A stretch of 64,000 nucleotides of DNA from positions 6,779,366 to 6,843,365 of the forward strand of contig NC_057720.1 in assembly GCF_004010195.1 (NCBI RefSeq). The letters run 5' to 3'. Each line of letters starts with the position of its first letter. The first letter of the stretch is position 1. The translations under genes were made by a program, and so were the position numbers. Positions 11,288-24,947 of this stretch are shown piece by piece. The notes under the pieces were generated by a model. The model saw only the letters and a list, made by a program, of their open reading frames with translations, was not told the origin of the DNA and searched no databases. The stretch is from Chiloscyllium plagiosum. Taxonomy: Eukaryota.

Positions 11288-11685
11288 CCAGTGATGGTCT
11301 ATTAATATTATCACTGTTAATCTCGAGACCCAAGTAATATTCTGGGGACCTGGGTTCGAATCCTGCTATGGTAGATGGTGGAATCTGAATTCAATAAAAA
11401 TCTGGAAATAAGAGTCTAATGATGACCATGAATCCATTGTCAGTTGTCAGAAAAACCCATCTGGTCCACTAATGTCCTTAAGGGAAGGAACATTGAAACA
11501 TTGTTGTTAAAAACTCCTTAGTTCACTAACGCCTTTATGAATGGAAATCTGCCATCCTTACCTGGTCTGGCCTATATGTGGCTCCAGACCCACAGCAATG
11601 GGTTGACTCTTAACTGTCCTCTGGATAATGAGGGGTGGGCAATAAATGATGGCCCAGCCAGAGACGCCCACCTCCTGTGAATGAA
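11288..11685 (+). mobile_element. Second tRNA-derived SINE family (tail gggcaataaatgctggcc..gacgccca shared with a LINE)
   Basis: B-box gggttcgaatcc; other copies at ~7028-7175(-), 11700-11960, 13155-13410(-), 38500-38815(-), 49955-50295(-). Confidence 0.75.
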
Positions 11686-12834
11686 AGTCATGTGTAAGAG
11701 CATTTCTGGGTATTAAAAATAATAGTAAATGTGGGATTGAAAGCTAGTCTCAGCAGGGGTAACTGTGAACATTACCAATTGTTGTAAAAACTCATCTGGT
11801 TCACCAATATCATCTAGGGAAGGAAATCTGCTGTCCTTACCCAGCCCGTGACTCCACACCCACAGCTATGTGGTTGACTCTGAATTGCCTCAATTCAAGG
11901 GGCAATTAAGGATGGTCAGTAAAGACCAGAGATGCCCACTTCTTATAAAGAATAAATAAAAGGAAACACATTAGAAGATCTCCACATCAAATATCTTAGA
12001 TTCCCTTCTGAATATTACAAGTGAGGTCCTGTAAGGACTAAACCTGATGCTTGCAATCTAGAAAGTGGTAACTCATTGGCACATTCCCCTCGCCTATCTC
12101 CCACAATGCTTCAGGTCTGACAGGGGGCAAATATTGTTGGGAGGACAGCCAGAAGTGCTTGAAATTGTTGCATGAAAATGAAGACCAGAAAGCACAGTCA
12201 CCAATCTGCAGAATGAATACAACAAAAAGAGAGAAAGAGAGAGAGAGAGAAGGAAAATTACACTGGACTCTGTCTAAGCTATTAGTAACTGGAAGAATCA
12301 ATACACCAAACACCACAAATGCTGCCTATTATGAGACTGCACATCCCAACCCACCCCTGAGATGTTAAAACACATAATTCTATCTTTTATTTGTAACAAG
12401 CTGACGGACAAACAACAAATCAAAAAACTGGGAAAGAAAAGTCAATACAAAACACATGAAAGCGAAAATATACTAGAGCACAGACCCTCCTAGTGACCGG
12501 GGAAGCCACTGGGGAGATAATAGATTTTCAGCTCTTGGGAGAGATACAGAGCTCCAGGCAACACACACACACACACAGAAAGTCTCATACAACTCCACTA
12601 TTGTATGCACAATTTTGCCTTTCACAAAGTACATCATAAAACATAAGGCAGTATATTCGAGTTCAGGAGAAGTATGCAAGTAAATAATGGATGGAGTAAG
12701 GAGTTGAGGCAGACGTTGTGATCAACAGTTTGGATGTACGAGCAGAAGACAGATGACTCCAATTCACACACATTTAAACTCATGACTCTCCTAAAGGCAT
12801 TGGCTTAGCAGTATTATCACTTTCACTTAAAGTC

Positions 12835-13145
12835 ATAGAGGCATAGAGATGTACAGCACAGAAACAGACTCCTTAGTCCAACTCAAACATGCCGACCAGA
12901 TATCCTGTATTAATCTAACACTATTTTCCAGTATTTGGTCCATATCCCTGTAAACCCTTCTTATTCATATACTCACCCGATGCCTTTTAAGTGCTGTAAC
13001 TGTATTCAATTCCACCACTTTCTCTGGCAGTTCATTCCATGCATGCACCACCCTCTGTGTATAAAAGTTGTCCCTTTGGTCCCTGTCAAATCTTTCCCCC
13101 CTCACCTTAAACCTATGCCCTCCTGCTTTGGACTCTCCTATCCTG
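12835..13145 (-). mobile_element. CR1/HER1 LINE 3' end
   Basis: Minus ORF GHRFKVRGERF..FYTQRVVHAWNELPEKVVE; ctctatgac-type tail. Confidence 0.85.
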
Positions 13146-13599
13146 GAGCTATTCACTGAGGGGACATGGATGTCTCTGGCTGGCCAGAATTTCTTGCCTA
13201 GCCCTAGCTACCCTTGAACTGAGTCGCTTGCTCGGCCATTTCAGGGGGCTGTTGAAAGTCAACAACATTGCTGTGGGTCTGGAGTCACATGTAGGCCAGA
13301 CCAGGTGTGGATAGCAGATTACCTTCTCGGAAGAACATTAATGAACGAGATGTTATTTTTTTCTGAGAATCGGCAATGGTTTCATGGTCATCATAAGATT
13401 CTTAACTCCAGAATAACAGTGTTAATGTTTCAGATCTGTGATCCAAGTGATGCTGACCAGTTGAGTATTTCCAGCTTTTTTCTGCTTTTGCTTTCAACCA
13501 CCTGATTGTCAGCATTGTCTGAGCTCCAAATTTTCATCTGGAATATCAAAGCTAACTTCTTTGGGCCCCAGCAAACTCCATTATCTATCAGGAACCATT

Positions 13600-13950
13600 C
13601 CCCCTTAACAGCACTGACTCAGCAGTACCAGACCATTCACAGCCTCACCTTTCCTACCTGCTCTAACACCATACCATCTCCATTGCAGCATCTCCAACAT
13701 TGTCCATCTTCAGAATATCACCTGTCTCCAGCCCTCTCTCAGCCCATTGAACTCTCGCCAGGCCTTTATCATTTTCAGACTCTGTTATTCCAATGTTCAG
13801 CCTGTGCGGTTCTTATTTTTCAATCTATTTACCTCAAAGTCATCCCAAATATTCAAGAGCTTCTTAGTCAACACCACACATCACCTTCCCCGAATCCCAA
13901 ACTTCCCTCGTCTGAGTTGCCTTTTCCTCATCTGATGCCTCAACATTAGG
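13600..13950 (+). mobile_element. Degenerate L2 LINE fragment
   Basis: Resembles the L2 'ETLIHAFVTSRLDYSN' region (gcctttatcattttcagactctgttattccaatg). Confidence 0.55.
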
Positions 13951-14074
13951 ACTAGCATTCCTATGTTTAAATGCCCACATAAGTTCAGAAGTTCATAAGA
14001 TATAGGAGCAGAATTAGGCCATTCAGCCCATTGGGTCTGCTCTGCCATTTGATCATGGTTGATATACTCCTCAG

Positions 14075-14815
14075 AGTAGTGCTGGAAAAGCACAGATGGT
14101 CAGGCAGCATCCGAAGAGCAGGAGAATCAATGTTTCGTGCATAAGCCCTTCATCAGGGGGCTGAGAGATAAATGAGAGGTGGGGTGGAACTGGGGAGTCT
14201 GTAGCTGGGAATGTGATGGGTAGATGAAGCCGGGGGTGAAAGTGATAAGTCAGAGAGGAGGGTGGAGCGGATGGGTGGGAAGGAAGATAGACAGGTCAAG
14301 AGGGCAGTGCCGAGTTGGAAGGTTGAATCTGGGATAAGGTGGAGGGAGGGGAAATGAGGAAACTGGTGAAAGCCACATTGATCCAGTGTGGTTGCAGGGC
14401 CCTAAGGCAGAAGATGAGGCATTCTTCCACTCGGCGTCGGGTGGTTAGGGTTTGGCGATGGAGGAGGCCCAAGATTGTAAGTCCTTGACGGAGTGGGAGG
14501 GGGAATTGAAGTATTCAGCCACAGGGTGATGGGGTTGGTGAGTGCAGGTGTCCCAGAGATGTTCTCTAAAATGATCCACAAGTTGTCGTCCTGTCTTCCC
14601 GATGTAGAGGAGACCACATTGGGTGCAATGGACACAGTAGATGATGTGTGTGGCAGTACAAGTTCCTCATTTCCCCTCCACCCACCTTATCCCAGTCCCA
14701 AGCCTCCAACTTGGCACAGCCCTCTTGACTGGTCCTTCTTTCTTTCCAACTATCCGTTCCACTCTCCTCTCTGACCTATCACCTTTCCCCCCCGCCTTCA
14801 TCTACCCCTGCCTTC
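14075..14815 (-). mobile_element. Penelope-like element (family A, possibly Neptune-type) with a GIY-YIG remnant and 5' inversion
   Basis: Minus translation of ~14550-14648 reads HIIYCVHCTQCGLLYIGKTGRQLVDHFREHLWD; it ends in the family A pLTR (cctgatgaagggcttatgcacgaaac); 14661-14815 is an inverted copy of ~14160-14365. Confidence 0.85.
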
Positions 14816-16740
14816 TCCCCATAACCCTTCAACCAATTACCAATAAAAATCTCTCTAACTCCTTCTGAAAGTTCCTCACTGTCCCAACATCCATCGCACG
14901 TTGGGGGAGTGAATTCCACAGATTCACAACCCTTTGTGGGAAGTAGTTTCTCCCCAATTCTGTTTTAAATTTGCTCCCCCTTACCCTGAGACTATGCGTT
15001 CTCATCCCAGAATGCCCCCATGAGAGGAAGCATCCGCTCCACATCTATTTTATCCATACCTTTTATCATCTTGAAAACCTCAATTTGATCTCCCCTTATT
15101 CTTCTTAATTCCAGAGAGTATAGGCCTAAACTGCTCGATCTCTCTTCATACAGATCTGTATCTTTATAATGTTCACCATCCCTGCAAATCTCCACCAGCA
15201 TCTCTGCAACTCTGGTTCTGAACTCGTGTGCAAATAACTCTGTTTGTTCCATCATTGACAACTGTATCTTTATCCTCCTTGACTTCCACTTTTTGCAATT
15301 CCCTTCTTCTAACTCCCTTCTTATCCACACTTCTCTTTCCTCAGCTAATAATGTTCGTCAACAACAACTCCTCAACCAATTAGGGATCACTCCTAGGTTT
15401 TAGTACATTGAAATACTTTCCTATGTTAGACCCTAAGACTGTAAGATATCAGAGCAGATGTAGGTCATTCAACCCATTTGATTTGCTCCATCATTCAAAT
15501 GAGATCATGGCTGATCTGATGATCCCCAACTCCTGTTTCCTGCCTTTTGCCCATAGCTCTTGATTCTCTGACTGATTAAAAATTTGTTGATCTCAGCTTT
15601 GAATGTAATTGCAGCCCAGCCTTGGTAGTTCTCTACAGTAGGAAATTCCTCAGATTCACTCAACCCTGAGAGAAACAATTCCTCCTCATCTCTGTCTTAA
15701 ATGGATAACCTCTTCTCTGAGATTACATCCTCCAATCCTACACTCTGCAACAAGGGGAAACAACATTTCTGCATCTACCTCTAGGAATCTTGTATATTTC
15801 AATAAGGCCACCTCTCGTTCTTCTAAGCTGCAATAAATACAGAGTCAAAACGTGAGGTGTTGGAAAAGCACAGCCGGTCAAGCAGCATCCTGGAGCAGGA
15901 GAGTAGATATTTCGAGTATAAGCTCTTCATCCTGATGCTGCCTGACAAGCCGGGCTTTTCCAGCACCACACCTTTTGACTCTGATCTCCCGCATCTTCAG
16001 TCCACACTTTCTCCAATGAGTACGGCGCAACCTATGTAATCTCTCCTCACAGACAGTCCCTCCACACCTGGAATCAGCCCCCACTGACCTTCTCCAGACT
16101 GCTTCCAATGTCAGCATCTTGCCTTGGACACAGAGCCCAAAACTGTTCACAATATTCCAGCCATGGTCTGATTAATGCCTTGTATAGTTTTTGCAAAACC
16201 TCTTGGTTTTTAAATTCCATTCTATTTGAAATCAAAGGCCCATGGTCTATTTGCCTTCCCCATGACCCAATTACCTTAGAACATAGAACTTACAGCAAGG
16301 GGCCTTCCATCCACAATGGTGTTCTGAACGTGTTGCTAAATTACACAAACCCCTCCTAATGCCCTTGGTTCATATCCCTGCATTCCTTGCATATCCATGT
16401 GCTTATCTAAAAGTTCCTTAAACCTCCCTATCATATCTGCTTCCCCCACCACCCCTGGCAGCACATTCCAGACTCCAACCACCCTAGGTGTCAAAAACCT
16501 GCCCCTCACATCTCCTTTGAACATCCCCCCTCTCATCATAAATGCATGCCCTCTAGTTTCAGACATTTCAACTCTGGGAAAAAAGATTCTGAGCTAGAAA
16601 TGAATGTTAACTTTTTTATGATTCATGCATGAGGCTTCCCAAATCCCCCTTTGCCATAACTTTCTGCAGGCTTTTTCTCGTTTAAATGACATTCAGCTCC
16701 TCTATTCTTCCTTCCAAAGTGCATAACCTTACGCTTTCCC
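14816..16740 (-). mobile_element. Cluster of nested CR1 LINE 3' fragments
   Basis: Minus ORFs LGLYSLELRRIRGD, TRGHAF..RVVGVWN; family A fold-back at ~15840-16012. Confidence 0.8.
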
Positions 16741-16746
16741 ACAGTA

Positions 16747-16961
16747 CAGGTCATTCTGCTATAATGTGCGTTTCATTAACACCAATTCGCTTTAACATGA
16801 TTGACTAATTGGGGACATTGCTTCTAAAGCGCAAACTTTTAAAACATGTTTTAAAACGCGCTTACATCACCAACACTTTAAGCGCTGTTTCTAAAGCGCG
16901 ATTTATCTGTAATGCAGGGTTGCACAAGAACACAACCATCATGTTATGGAAGAACTACTTG
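16747..16961. mobile_element. Tc1/mariner (Tigger-like) MITE
   Basis: Imperfect TIRs caggtcattctgctataa / ttatggaagaactacttg, preceded by TA. Confidence 0.6.
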
Positions 16962-16969
16962 CACTACTT

Positions 16970-17408
16970 GTACATAGGATAGTGAAGGCGGTGTTTGGTA
17001 TGCTTTCCTTTATTGGTCAGAGTATTGAGTACAGTAGTTGGGAGGTCATGTACAGGACATTGGTTAGGCCATAAATAGGCAAAGTCTTTTCCCTGGGGTC
17101 GGGGAGTGCAGAACTAGAGGGCACAGGTTTAGGGTGAGAGGGAAAAGATATAAAAGAGACCTAAGGGGAAACTGTTTCATGCAGAGGGTGGTACGTGTAT
17201 GGAATGAGCTGCCAGAGGAAGTGGTGGAGGCTGGTACAATTGCAACATTTAAGAGGCATTTGGATGGGTATATGAATAGGAAGGGTTTGGAGGGATATGG
17301 GCTGGGTGCTGGTAGGTGGGACTAGATTGGGTTGGGATATCTGGTCGGCATGGATGGGTTGGACCGAAGGGTCTGTTTCCATGCTGTACATCTCTATGAC
17401 TTTATGAC
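16970..17408 (+). mobile_element. CR1/HER1 LINE 3' fragment with an internal deletion
   Basis: RVVRVWNELPEEVVEAGTIATFKRHLD; ctctatgac tail. Confidence 0.9.
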
Positions 17409-17445
17409 ACTCAAGCTACCAAGTATTTGTCCAATCAGGAACCAG

Positions 17446-17483
17446 GATTCCTGAAGAAGGGCCTGTGCCCGAAACGTCGAATC
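17446..17483 (+). ncRNA. Putative minimal type I hammerhead ribozyme in a Penelope pLTR fragment
   Basis: GAUUC-CUGAAGA-A-GGGC(CUGU)GCCC-GAAA-CGUC-GAAUC: core, stem II and 5-bp stem I are all present. Confidence 0.7.
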
Positions 17484-18667
17484 TCCTGTTCCCTGGATGC
17501 TGCCTGACCTGCTGTGCTGTTCCAGCAATAAAGTTTCAACCAGTTCCATACCCTCTTGCAGAGTTCTTGGTTCTCCCTCACTACTTGCCTTCCCACTTGT
17601 GGATGTGTCATCAACAAATCTGGCAAAAGTACACTTCCACCAGCCAGGATTGGGCTAATAATTGGCAAGAAATATTCAAATGCAATTGCTAGGTAATGAC
17701 CATGTCAAAGAATGGAGAACCTAGATACCTCTTCTTGACATTCAATGGCATTACCATCACTGTATCCCCTCAATATGCACATTCTGCAGGATACCATTTG
17801 AACTGGATAAACCATTTAAGTAAAGAGCAGATCAGTGGCCAGGCACCCTCCAGTGAGAAAGTCACCACGTGATTTATCGAATGCTGGGGTCAACATCACC
17901 TTCTCAAAGACAACTAGGGATGAGCAATAAATGCTGGCTCAGCCAATGATGCTCACTTCGCATGCATAAACGAAGGAAAAAGACATTTAGTGGACATTCA
18001 TCTGCCAGACATAATCAAACACATTCTGATATGGAAGTTTTGAAGTTAACAAGCAGCGCAGGGTTATGGAAGGGTTAAAGAAGAAACTTTAGAATTTGAG
18101 GGCATTCAGTTTGGAGTCCATAGTAATGGAAATGGAATGGAAGGAAGGGTCATGTGAAGGTCAATACCAATCAGCAGATCATTCAAGCTTGGATGAGTAT
18201 ACAACTCAGACAAAGGGAAGCAATGCATATGGAAGCTCAACAAGGAGTCAGTGAGCACAAATATAACAAAAAAATGCTTCAATGATAATAAAAATAAACA
18301 AAGAAAAGTACATTGCATTGGCCTTGTAGCTCCAAAATTGCTATTGAACTTCAAGGTTAATTAAATTCTCATCTACCACCACAAAAATTTCTAGCAGCTG
18401 CCTTCGAGATATACAATTATTCCTTAGTAATGGAGAGGTGGCAATCTCTTCCAGCTTATTAAGCACATTTCAGGCAATTACTGCACTTCCTACTCTTGAT
18501 TCTGTTCCACCATCTCCAGTTTTCCTCCAGTAAATAGTTTTACTCCACAAAACAGAGCCCCGTCAACAGACCCCATTGTTACCCCAGTACCTATTGATGG
18601 TTGATCTACTGCTAGATGCACCAGCTCTCCGGTTTTCCAACGTTGCTCTTTAAGGGGCACCAAACCT

Positions 18668-19920
18668 GTAAGACCATAAGATGTAGAAGCAGAAGTAGGC
18701 CATGCAGCCCATCAAACGTGAACAAGTAGGAGGCTGGAAGAATACAGCAAGCCAGGCATAATCAGAAGGTAGAGAAGTCAATGTTTTGGGTATAAGCCTT
18801 CTTCAGTACTAGATGTGGGGTAAGAGGAGCTACAGATAAATGGGAGTGGGGGAGGAAGATGGGGAGAATAGCAGAATAGAGAGGTAGTGACAGGTGAACA
18901 CAGGTAGTGGGTATGCCCTGGTTTGTCGATCGGAGGGATGAATCTGGTTGGTAGCTTGAAGGAAGTCTCGGTAGGTGGATTGGAAGGGAGGAGGTAGGAC
19001 TGGGATTGGAGTTGGGGGATGGGCAGGAAGGTTATGTGAAACTTGAGAACTCAATGTTGAGCCCATCAAGTCTGCTCCGCTATTCAATAAGGTCATGGTT
19101 GTTCTGATCATCCTCAGCCTCATTTTCCTGCCTTTTCTCCATAATGCTTGATTCATTTCCTAATTAAAAATCCAACTCTACTTGAATATATTCAATGACC
19201 CAGCCTCTACAGCTCTCTGAGGTGAAGAATTCCAGAGATGCATTGCCTTCTGAAAGAAGAAATGTTTCCTCATCTCTGTGTCAAATGTGCAACTCCTTAT
19301 TTGGTTTAGACAGTAGATTTGGATCGGCTCAGGCTTGGAGGGCCGAAGGGCCTGTTCCTGGGCTGTAAGTTTTCTGTGTTCGCTTTGTTTTTTATTCTGA
19401 GAATATGCCCTGTGGTCCTAGACTCTCCCATAAGGGAGAAACCTTTCCGCATCTACCCCATCAAGTCCCCTACAAATCTTGTATGTTTTGATATGGTCAC
19501 CTCTCATTCTTCTGACCTCCGAAAAGTACAGGCCCCAGCTGGTCCACTCTCTCCTCGTCAGACATTGCGAGAGTGAACCTTCTCTGCACTGTCTCCAACA
19601 CCAATATATCTTTTCTTGGATAAGGGGCATAAAAGTGTTCACAGTATTCCAGCTGTGGTCTGACTAGTGCCTTGCCTCGTTTTTTTTTGCTAAACCTCTC
19701 TATATTTATACTTCAGTCCTTTTGAAGTAAAGAACAACATTCTATTTGCCTCCTCTGTTAACTACTGAGCTTGGATTCTAGCATTTTGCGATTCATGCAC
19801 GACGACTCCCAAATCCCTGTGTTCCATAATTTTCTGCGCTCTTTCTCTCATTAAATAATATTCAGCTCCTCTATTCTTCCTGTAAAACCTCACATTTTCC
19901 CTTTTTGTATCCCATATGCC
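18668..19920 (-). mobile_element. CR1 LINE 3' fragment with a nested Penelope-type piece (~18720-19060)
   Basis: Minus ORF GLYFSEVRRMRGDHIKTYKI; ccataaga tail. Confidence 0.75.
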
Positions 19921-20009
19921 AATCCTTCTTTAACATATTTGTTTCTCCCAGGTTATCCATTTCCTTTGAACATCGTGCCTCCTGGTTACTTGCGCAATTG
20001 CCGATGTCA

Positions 20010-20520
20010 ATGCTGAAGATTTGTGTAAGGATTTGTAGCTCTGGTGCTGGTGGTTGTAGTTGTGGGTATGTTTGCCGAGCTGGGAAGTTGGTTTGCAGGC
20101 ATTTTGTTCCCTGTCTAGGTGACATCCTCAGTGCTATGAAGTCTCCTGTAATGCGTTGCTGTACTGTGTCATCTGAAATTTATTTGGTTCTGTTCCTGCT
20201 GCTTCCTGTTGCCAGATGACAAGGAGCACAAATTCAACTGGGGCATCACAACAATCATAGGACAAGCTAAGCTGAAGACAGCCAGAGAATTTCTAGAAGC
20301 ATAGCACTCAACTATCAACAAACACATAGACCCCTAGACCCAATATAACGGCCACTACAACAAACATGCAGAACTGGCAACCGGAAGCAGCAGGAAATTC
20401 CAGAAGATGCAGTACAGCGACATTCACAGGAGGCTCCAAAGCACGGAGGATGTTACTTAGATGGGATGAAACAACTGCAAATCAATGTTCCAGCTCAGCG
20501 AACATACCCGCAACCACAAA
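20010..20520. mobile_element. Degenerate Penelope family B element with inverted pLTRs
   Basis: Homologous to 9034-9749 (TAREFLEA coding remnant; gtgacatcctcagtgc). Confidence 0.8.
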
Positions 20521-20554
20521 GTCAATGTGTTCCTGAAAGGGAGCTCTCCGTAGC

Positions 20555-21972
20555 GACAGAATGTACATGTATTTGGAAAGGCAAGGACTGATTTGGGATA
20601 GTCAACATGGCTTTGTCTGTGGGAAATCATATCTCACAAACTTGACTGAGTTTTTTAAAAAAGTAACAAAGAGGATTGATGAGGACAGAGCAGTAGACAT
20701 GATCTATATGAACTTCAGTAAGGCGTTCAACAAGGATCCCCATGGGAAACTAGCAGGGTTAGATCTCATAGTATGCAGGGAGAACTCACCATTTGGATAC
20801 AGAACTGGCTGAAAGATAGAAGACAGAGGGTGGTGGTGGAGGGTTGTTTTTCAGACTGGAGGCTTGTGGCCAGTGGAGTGCCACAAGGATCGGTGCTGGG
20901 TCCACTGCTTTTCGTCATTCTTATAAATGATTTGGATGTGAGCATAAGAGGTACAGTTAGTAAGTTTTCAGATAATTTTAAAATTGGAGATGTAATGAAC
21001 AGCGATGAAGGTTACCTTAGGTTATAAGGGGATCTTGATTAGATGTGCTAATGGGCTGAGAAGTGGTCGATAGATAAATGTGAGGTGCTGCACTTTGGGA
21101 AAACAAATCTTAGCAGGACTTATATACTTAATGGTAAGATCCTGGGGAGTGTTGCTGAACAAAGAAACCTTTGAATGCAGGTTCATAGCTCTTTGAAAGT
21201 GGAGTCACAGGTAGATAGGATAGTGAAGGCAGCATTTGGTATGCTTTCCTTTATTGGTCAGAGTATTGAGTATAGGAGTTGGGAGGTCATGTTGCAGCTG
21301 TACAGCAAATTAGTTAGGCCACTTTTGGAATATTGCGTGCAATTCTGGTCTTTTTCCTCTCGGAAGGATGTTATAAAACTTGAAAGGGTTCAGAAAAGAT
21401 TTACAAGAATGTTGCCAGGGTTGGAGGGTCTGACCTATAGGGAGAGATCGAACAGGCTGAGGGGTGACCTTATCGAAGTTTATAAAATCATGAGGGGCAT
21501 GGATAGGATAAATAGACAAAATCCCTTCCCTGGGGTAGGGGAGTCTAGAACTAAAGGGCATTGGTTTAGGGTGAGAGGGGAAAGACCATAAGACCATAAG
21601 ACATAGGAGTGGAAGTAAGGCCATTTGGCCCATCGAGTCCACTCTGCCATTTAATCATGGCTGATGGGCATTTCAACTCCACTTACCCGCATTCTCCCCA
21701 TAGCCCTTAATAAGATATAAAAGAGACCTAAGGGGCAACTTTTTCACGCAGAGAGTGGTATGTGTATGGAATGAGTGCCAGAGGAAGTGGTGGAGGCAAC
21801 AATTGCAACATTTAGAAGAGATCTGGATGGGTATATGAATAGGAAGGGTTTAGAAGGATATGGACTGGGTGCTGGTAGGTGGGACTAGATTGGGTTGGGA
21901 TATCTGGTCAACGTGGACAAGTTGGACCAAAGGGACTGTTTCCATGCTGTACATCTCTATGGCTCTATGTCT
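20555..21972 (+). mobile_element. CR1/HER1 LINE, reverse-transcriptase half, disrupted; nested minus-strand CR1 tail at ~21585-21711
   Basis: SQHGF..FSKAF; SGVPQGSVLGPLLF; VRPLLEYCVQFWS..LERVQKRFTRMLPG. Confidence 0.95.
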
Positions 21973-22729
21973 ATACTAGGAAGCAACAAAAACAGAAATT
22001 GCTGGAAAAGCTCAGCAGGCCTGTCAGCATCTCTGGAGAAAAATCAGAATAAACATTTCAGGTCCGGTGATGCATCTTCAGCACTGAGAAGGAGCAAATC
22101 TGTTGCTGTCTTTTTGACACAATGGAGAAAGATTTTGGAAAGTTGTAACGTAGGTTTGGGAGTCCCCTTCCGTGAATCACAAAAAGCTAGCTTCCAAGTT
22201 TAGAGTGTGATAGGGAAGGCAGATGGAATGTTGGCCTTTATCTCTGAGAAATGGAGTATAAAAGTTGCTAAAACTGTAGAGAGCAGGAGGCAGACCACGG
22301 CTGGAAATGAAAACATTCCTGAGGATGCTGGCTGCAGGAAATTGCTTTTCATATCTCATGGAGAATTTGTCTTTGTAGAATGTCCTCAGCATTGCATTCA
22401 AATGCCAGCCTGAATGTTGTCCTCATGTTTGTGGAGAAGCCATATCCTTTGGACAAAAGGGCAATGTGTGCTTCACCAGGAGCCAGGCCTACACTGTGGG
22501 CCCTGGTTCCTTTGGCCTTATAAGGGAACTGAGCCTGAGATAATGAGATAAATCTGAGACAAGCCAATGTGTCTTCAGAAGCAAGTCCAGAAACTAAATG
22601 CAAAGGGCGTTGTATTTCCTTCACTCTGTACCTCTCTCTTCTGGTTCAGCTTTCTTTATAAATGAGCTCTGATAGCATCAGAACAGACTGTCAAGAGCCC
22701 TGATCATTGTTAAGTAACGACAGCCAATT

Positions 22730-24125
22730 AGAGTCATAGAGATGTGCAGCACGGAAACAGACCCTTCGATCCAACTCGTCCATGCTTACCAGATATCCTA
22801 CATAAACCTAGTCCCCAGTTGCCAGCATTTGACCCTTATCCCTCTCAACCTTTCCTATTCATATACCCATCCAGATGCCTTTTAAATCCCTGGAATGGTA
22901 GGTCTAACATACTAGGAACAGCTGAGGATCCTGGGATTGTATTCATTGGAGTTTAGAAGATTAAGGGGAGATCTAATAGAAACTTACAAGATAATACATG
23001 GCTTGGAGAGGGTGGATGCTAGGAAATTGTTTCCGTTAGGCGAGGAGACTAGGACCCGTGGACACAGCCTTAGAATTAGAGGGGGTAAATTCAGAACAGA
23101 AATGCGGAGACATTTCTTCAGCCAGAGAGTGGTGGGCCTGTGGAATTCATTGCCACAGAGTTCAGTGGAGGCTGGGACGCTAAATGTCTTCAAGGCAGAA
23201 ATTGATAAATTCTTGATGTCACAAGGAATTAAGGGCTACGGGGAGAATGTGGGTAAGTGGAGTTGAAATGCCCATCAGCCATGATTGAATGGCAGAGTGG
23301 ACTCGATGGGCTGAATGGCCTTACTTCTGCTCCTATGTCTTATGGTCTTATGGTCTAAATGTTGTAATTGCACCAACTTCCACCACTTTGTCTGGCAGCT
23401 CATTCCATACATGTACCACCCTCTGTGAGAAAAAGTTACCCCTTAGGTCCCTTTTAAGTCTTTCCTTTCTCACCTTAAACCTCTCTCTTCTAATTTTTGA
23501 CTCTACTACCCTGGGAAAAAGCCCTTGGTTATTTCCCCTATCCTTACCCTTACAATTTTATAAACCTCTGAGCACTAGCTTAGATTACCTAAGGTGTGGA
23601 TAAAGGTCCTTCAGCCCAACACCCACCCTGCAAAGAATAACCTATCCAGACCCACATCCCTCTAACTCATGCACCTCACACTATGGGCAATTGAGCATGG
23701 CCAATTCACCTGACCTACACATGTTTGGATAATGGGAAGAAACCCCCACAGACTCTGGGAGAACATGCAAACTCCACACAGGCAGTCACCCAAGGCAGGA
23801 ATCAAACCCAGGTCCCTGGCGCTGTGAGGTAGTAGTGCTAGCCACTGAGCCACCATGTTGCCCAAGGTTTTCATTGTCACGTGTACTCAAGTACAAAAGG
23901 ACAGGGGTAGAGTGCATAATGTCGCCACAGACAGCACCACTTTAGGTACAACTATAAGGTCACCCCACAGCCTCAGAAGCTCCAAGGAAAACAGCCCCAG
24001 CCTACTCAGCCCCTCCCTATAACTCAAACCCCCTCCCATCCCTGCAACATCCTTGTAAACCTTTTCTGAACCCTTTCAAGCTTCAAAACCTCTTTCCTAC
24101 GGCAGGGAGATCAGAATTAAATGCA
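22730..24125 (-). mobile_element. CR1/HER1 3' fragment interrupted by a plus-strand CR1 (22888-23356) and an HE1 SINE (23580-23863)
   Basis: Host sequence resumes after taaat duplications; nested ORF YSLEFRRLRGDLIETYKI. Confidence 0.85.
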
Positions 24126-24947
24126 GGCAGTTCATCCTTCAAACAGCCTAAAAATAATGGGCTCAAAGACAAAAGCAACAGCATGACTTTATTTATTCTT
24201 TTAACAACCCAATGTTTTTGTTTTGTTTAAATGCTTCTGATTGAGACATGTGCAGAACAAGGTCAGTAAGATTGAGTGCCATCATTTACCTAATGAAATG
24301 GTTGTATTCAGTGCAGGTTTTAAGCAATGCTTCAACCACTGCTGCCGTGGTTCTGCATCCCATCAAGAAACTGTACGCTTGCCATTCTAACTGGGCCTCA
24401 GTGCTCCAGCATGTTAATTTGTGTTTTGCCCACATTATAGAACCCATTTCCCATCAAGCTTTAAGAGATTGTCATCAATCCACAAAAGTGGATTCATAAT
24501 GGTTTAACATATTACAGCTAATGCAATTGATGAATGTATCTCTTAAATGTTTCCACACATGGTTTCATTTTACGATTGACTTGTGGGATACTTATCTCAC
24601 TTCTAACCCTGTTTCCCTTATCTTGCCAGGGCCAAGGAGAGACAGCCTGGCCTCTGGCATTTTTCCTGCTTCCTGACTCTTTGTGCCCCCCGCCCCCTTC
24701 CCCCACCTTTAACCCTCAACACGGAGGGACAAGTTACTACAGATGCTGGAATCTGAACTGAAAACAACAAATGCTGGAGATTACAGCAGGTCAGTCAGCA
24801 TCCAAGGAGAGAGAGAGCAAGCCAACCTTTTGAGATGAAGAGTCATCTGGACTCGAAATGTTAGCTTGCTTTCTCTCCATGGATGCTGCTTGGCTCCAAT
24901 AGGAACCTTCAACCTTCAACAGCTTCTGTTGGGTATCATCTTAATGT

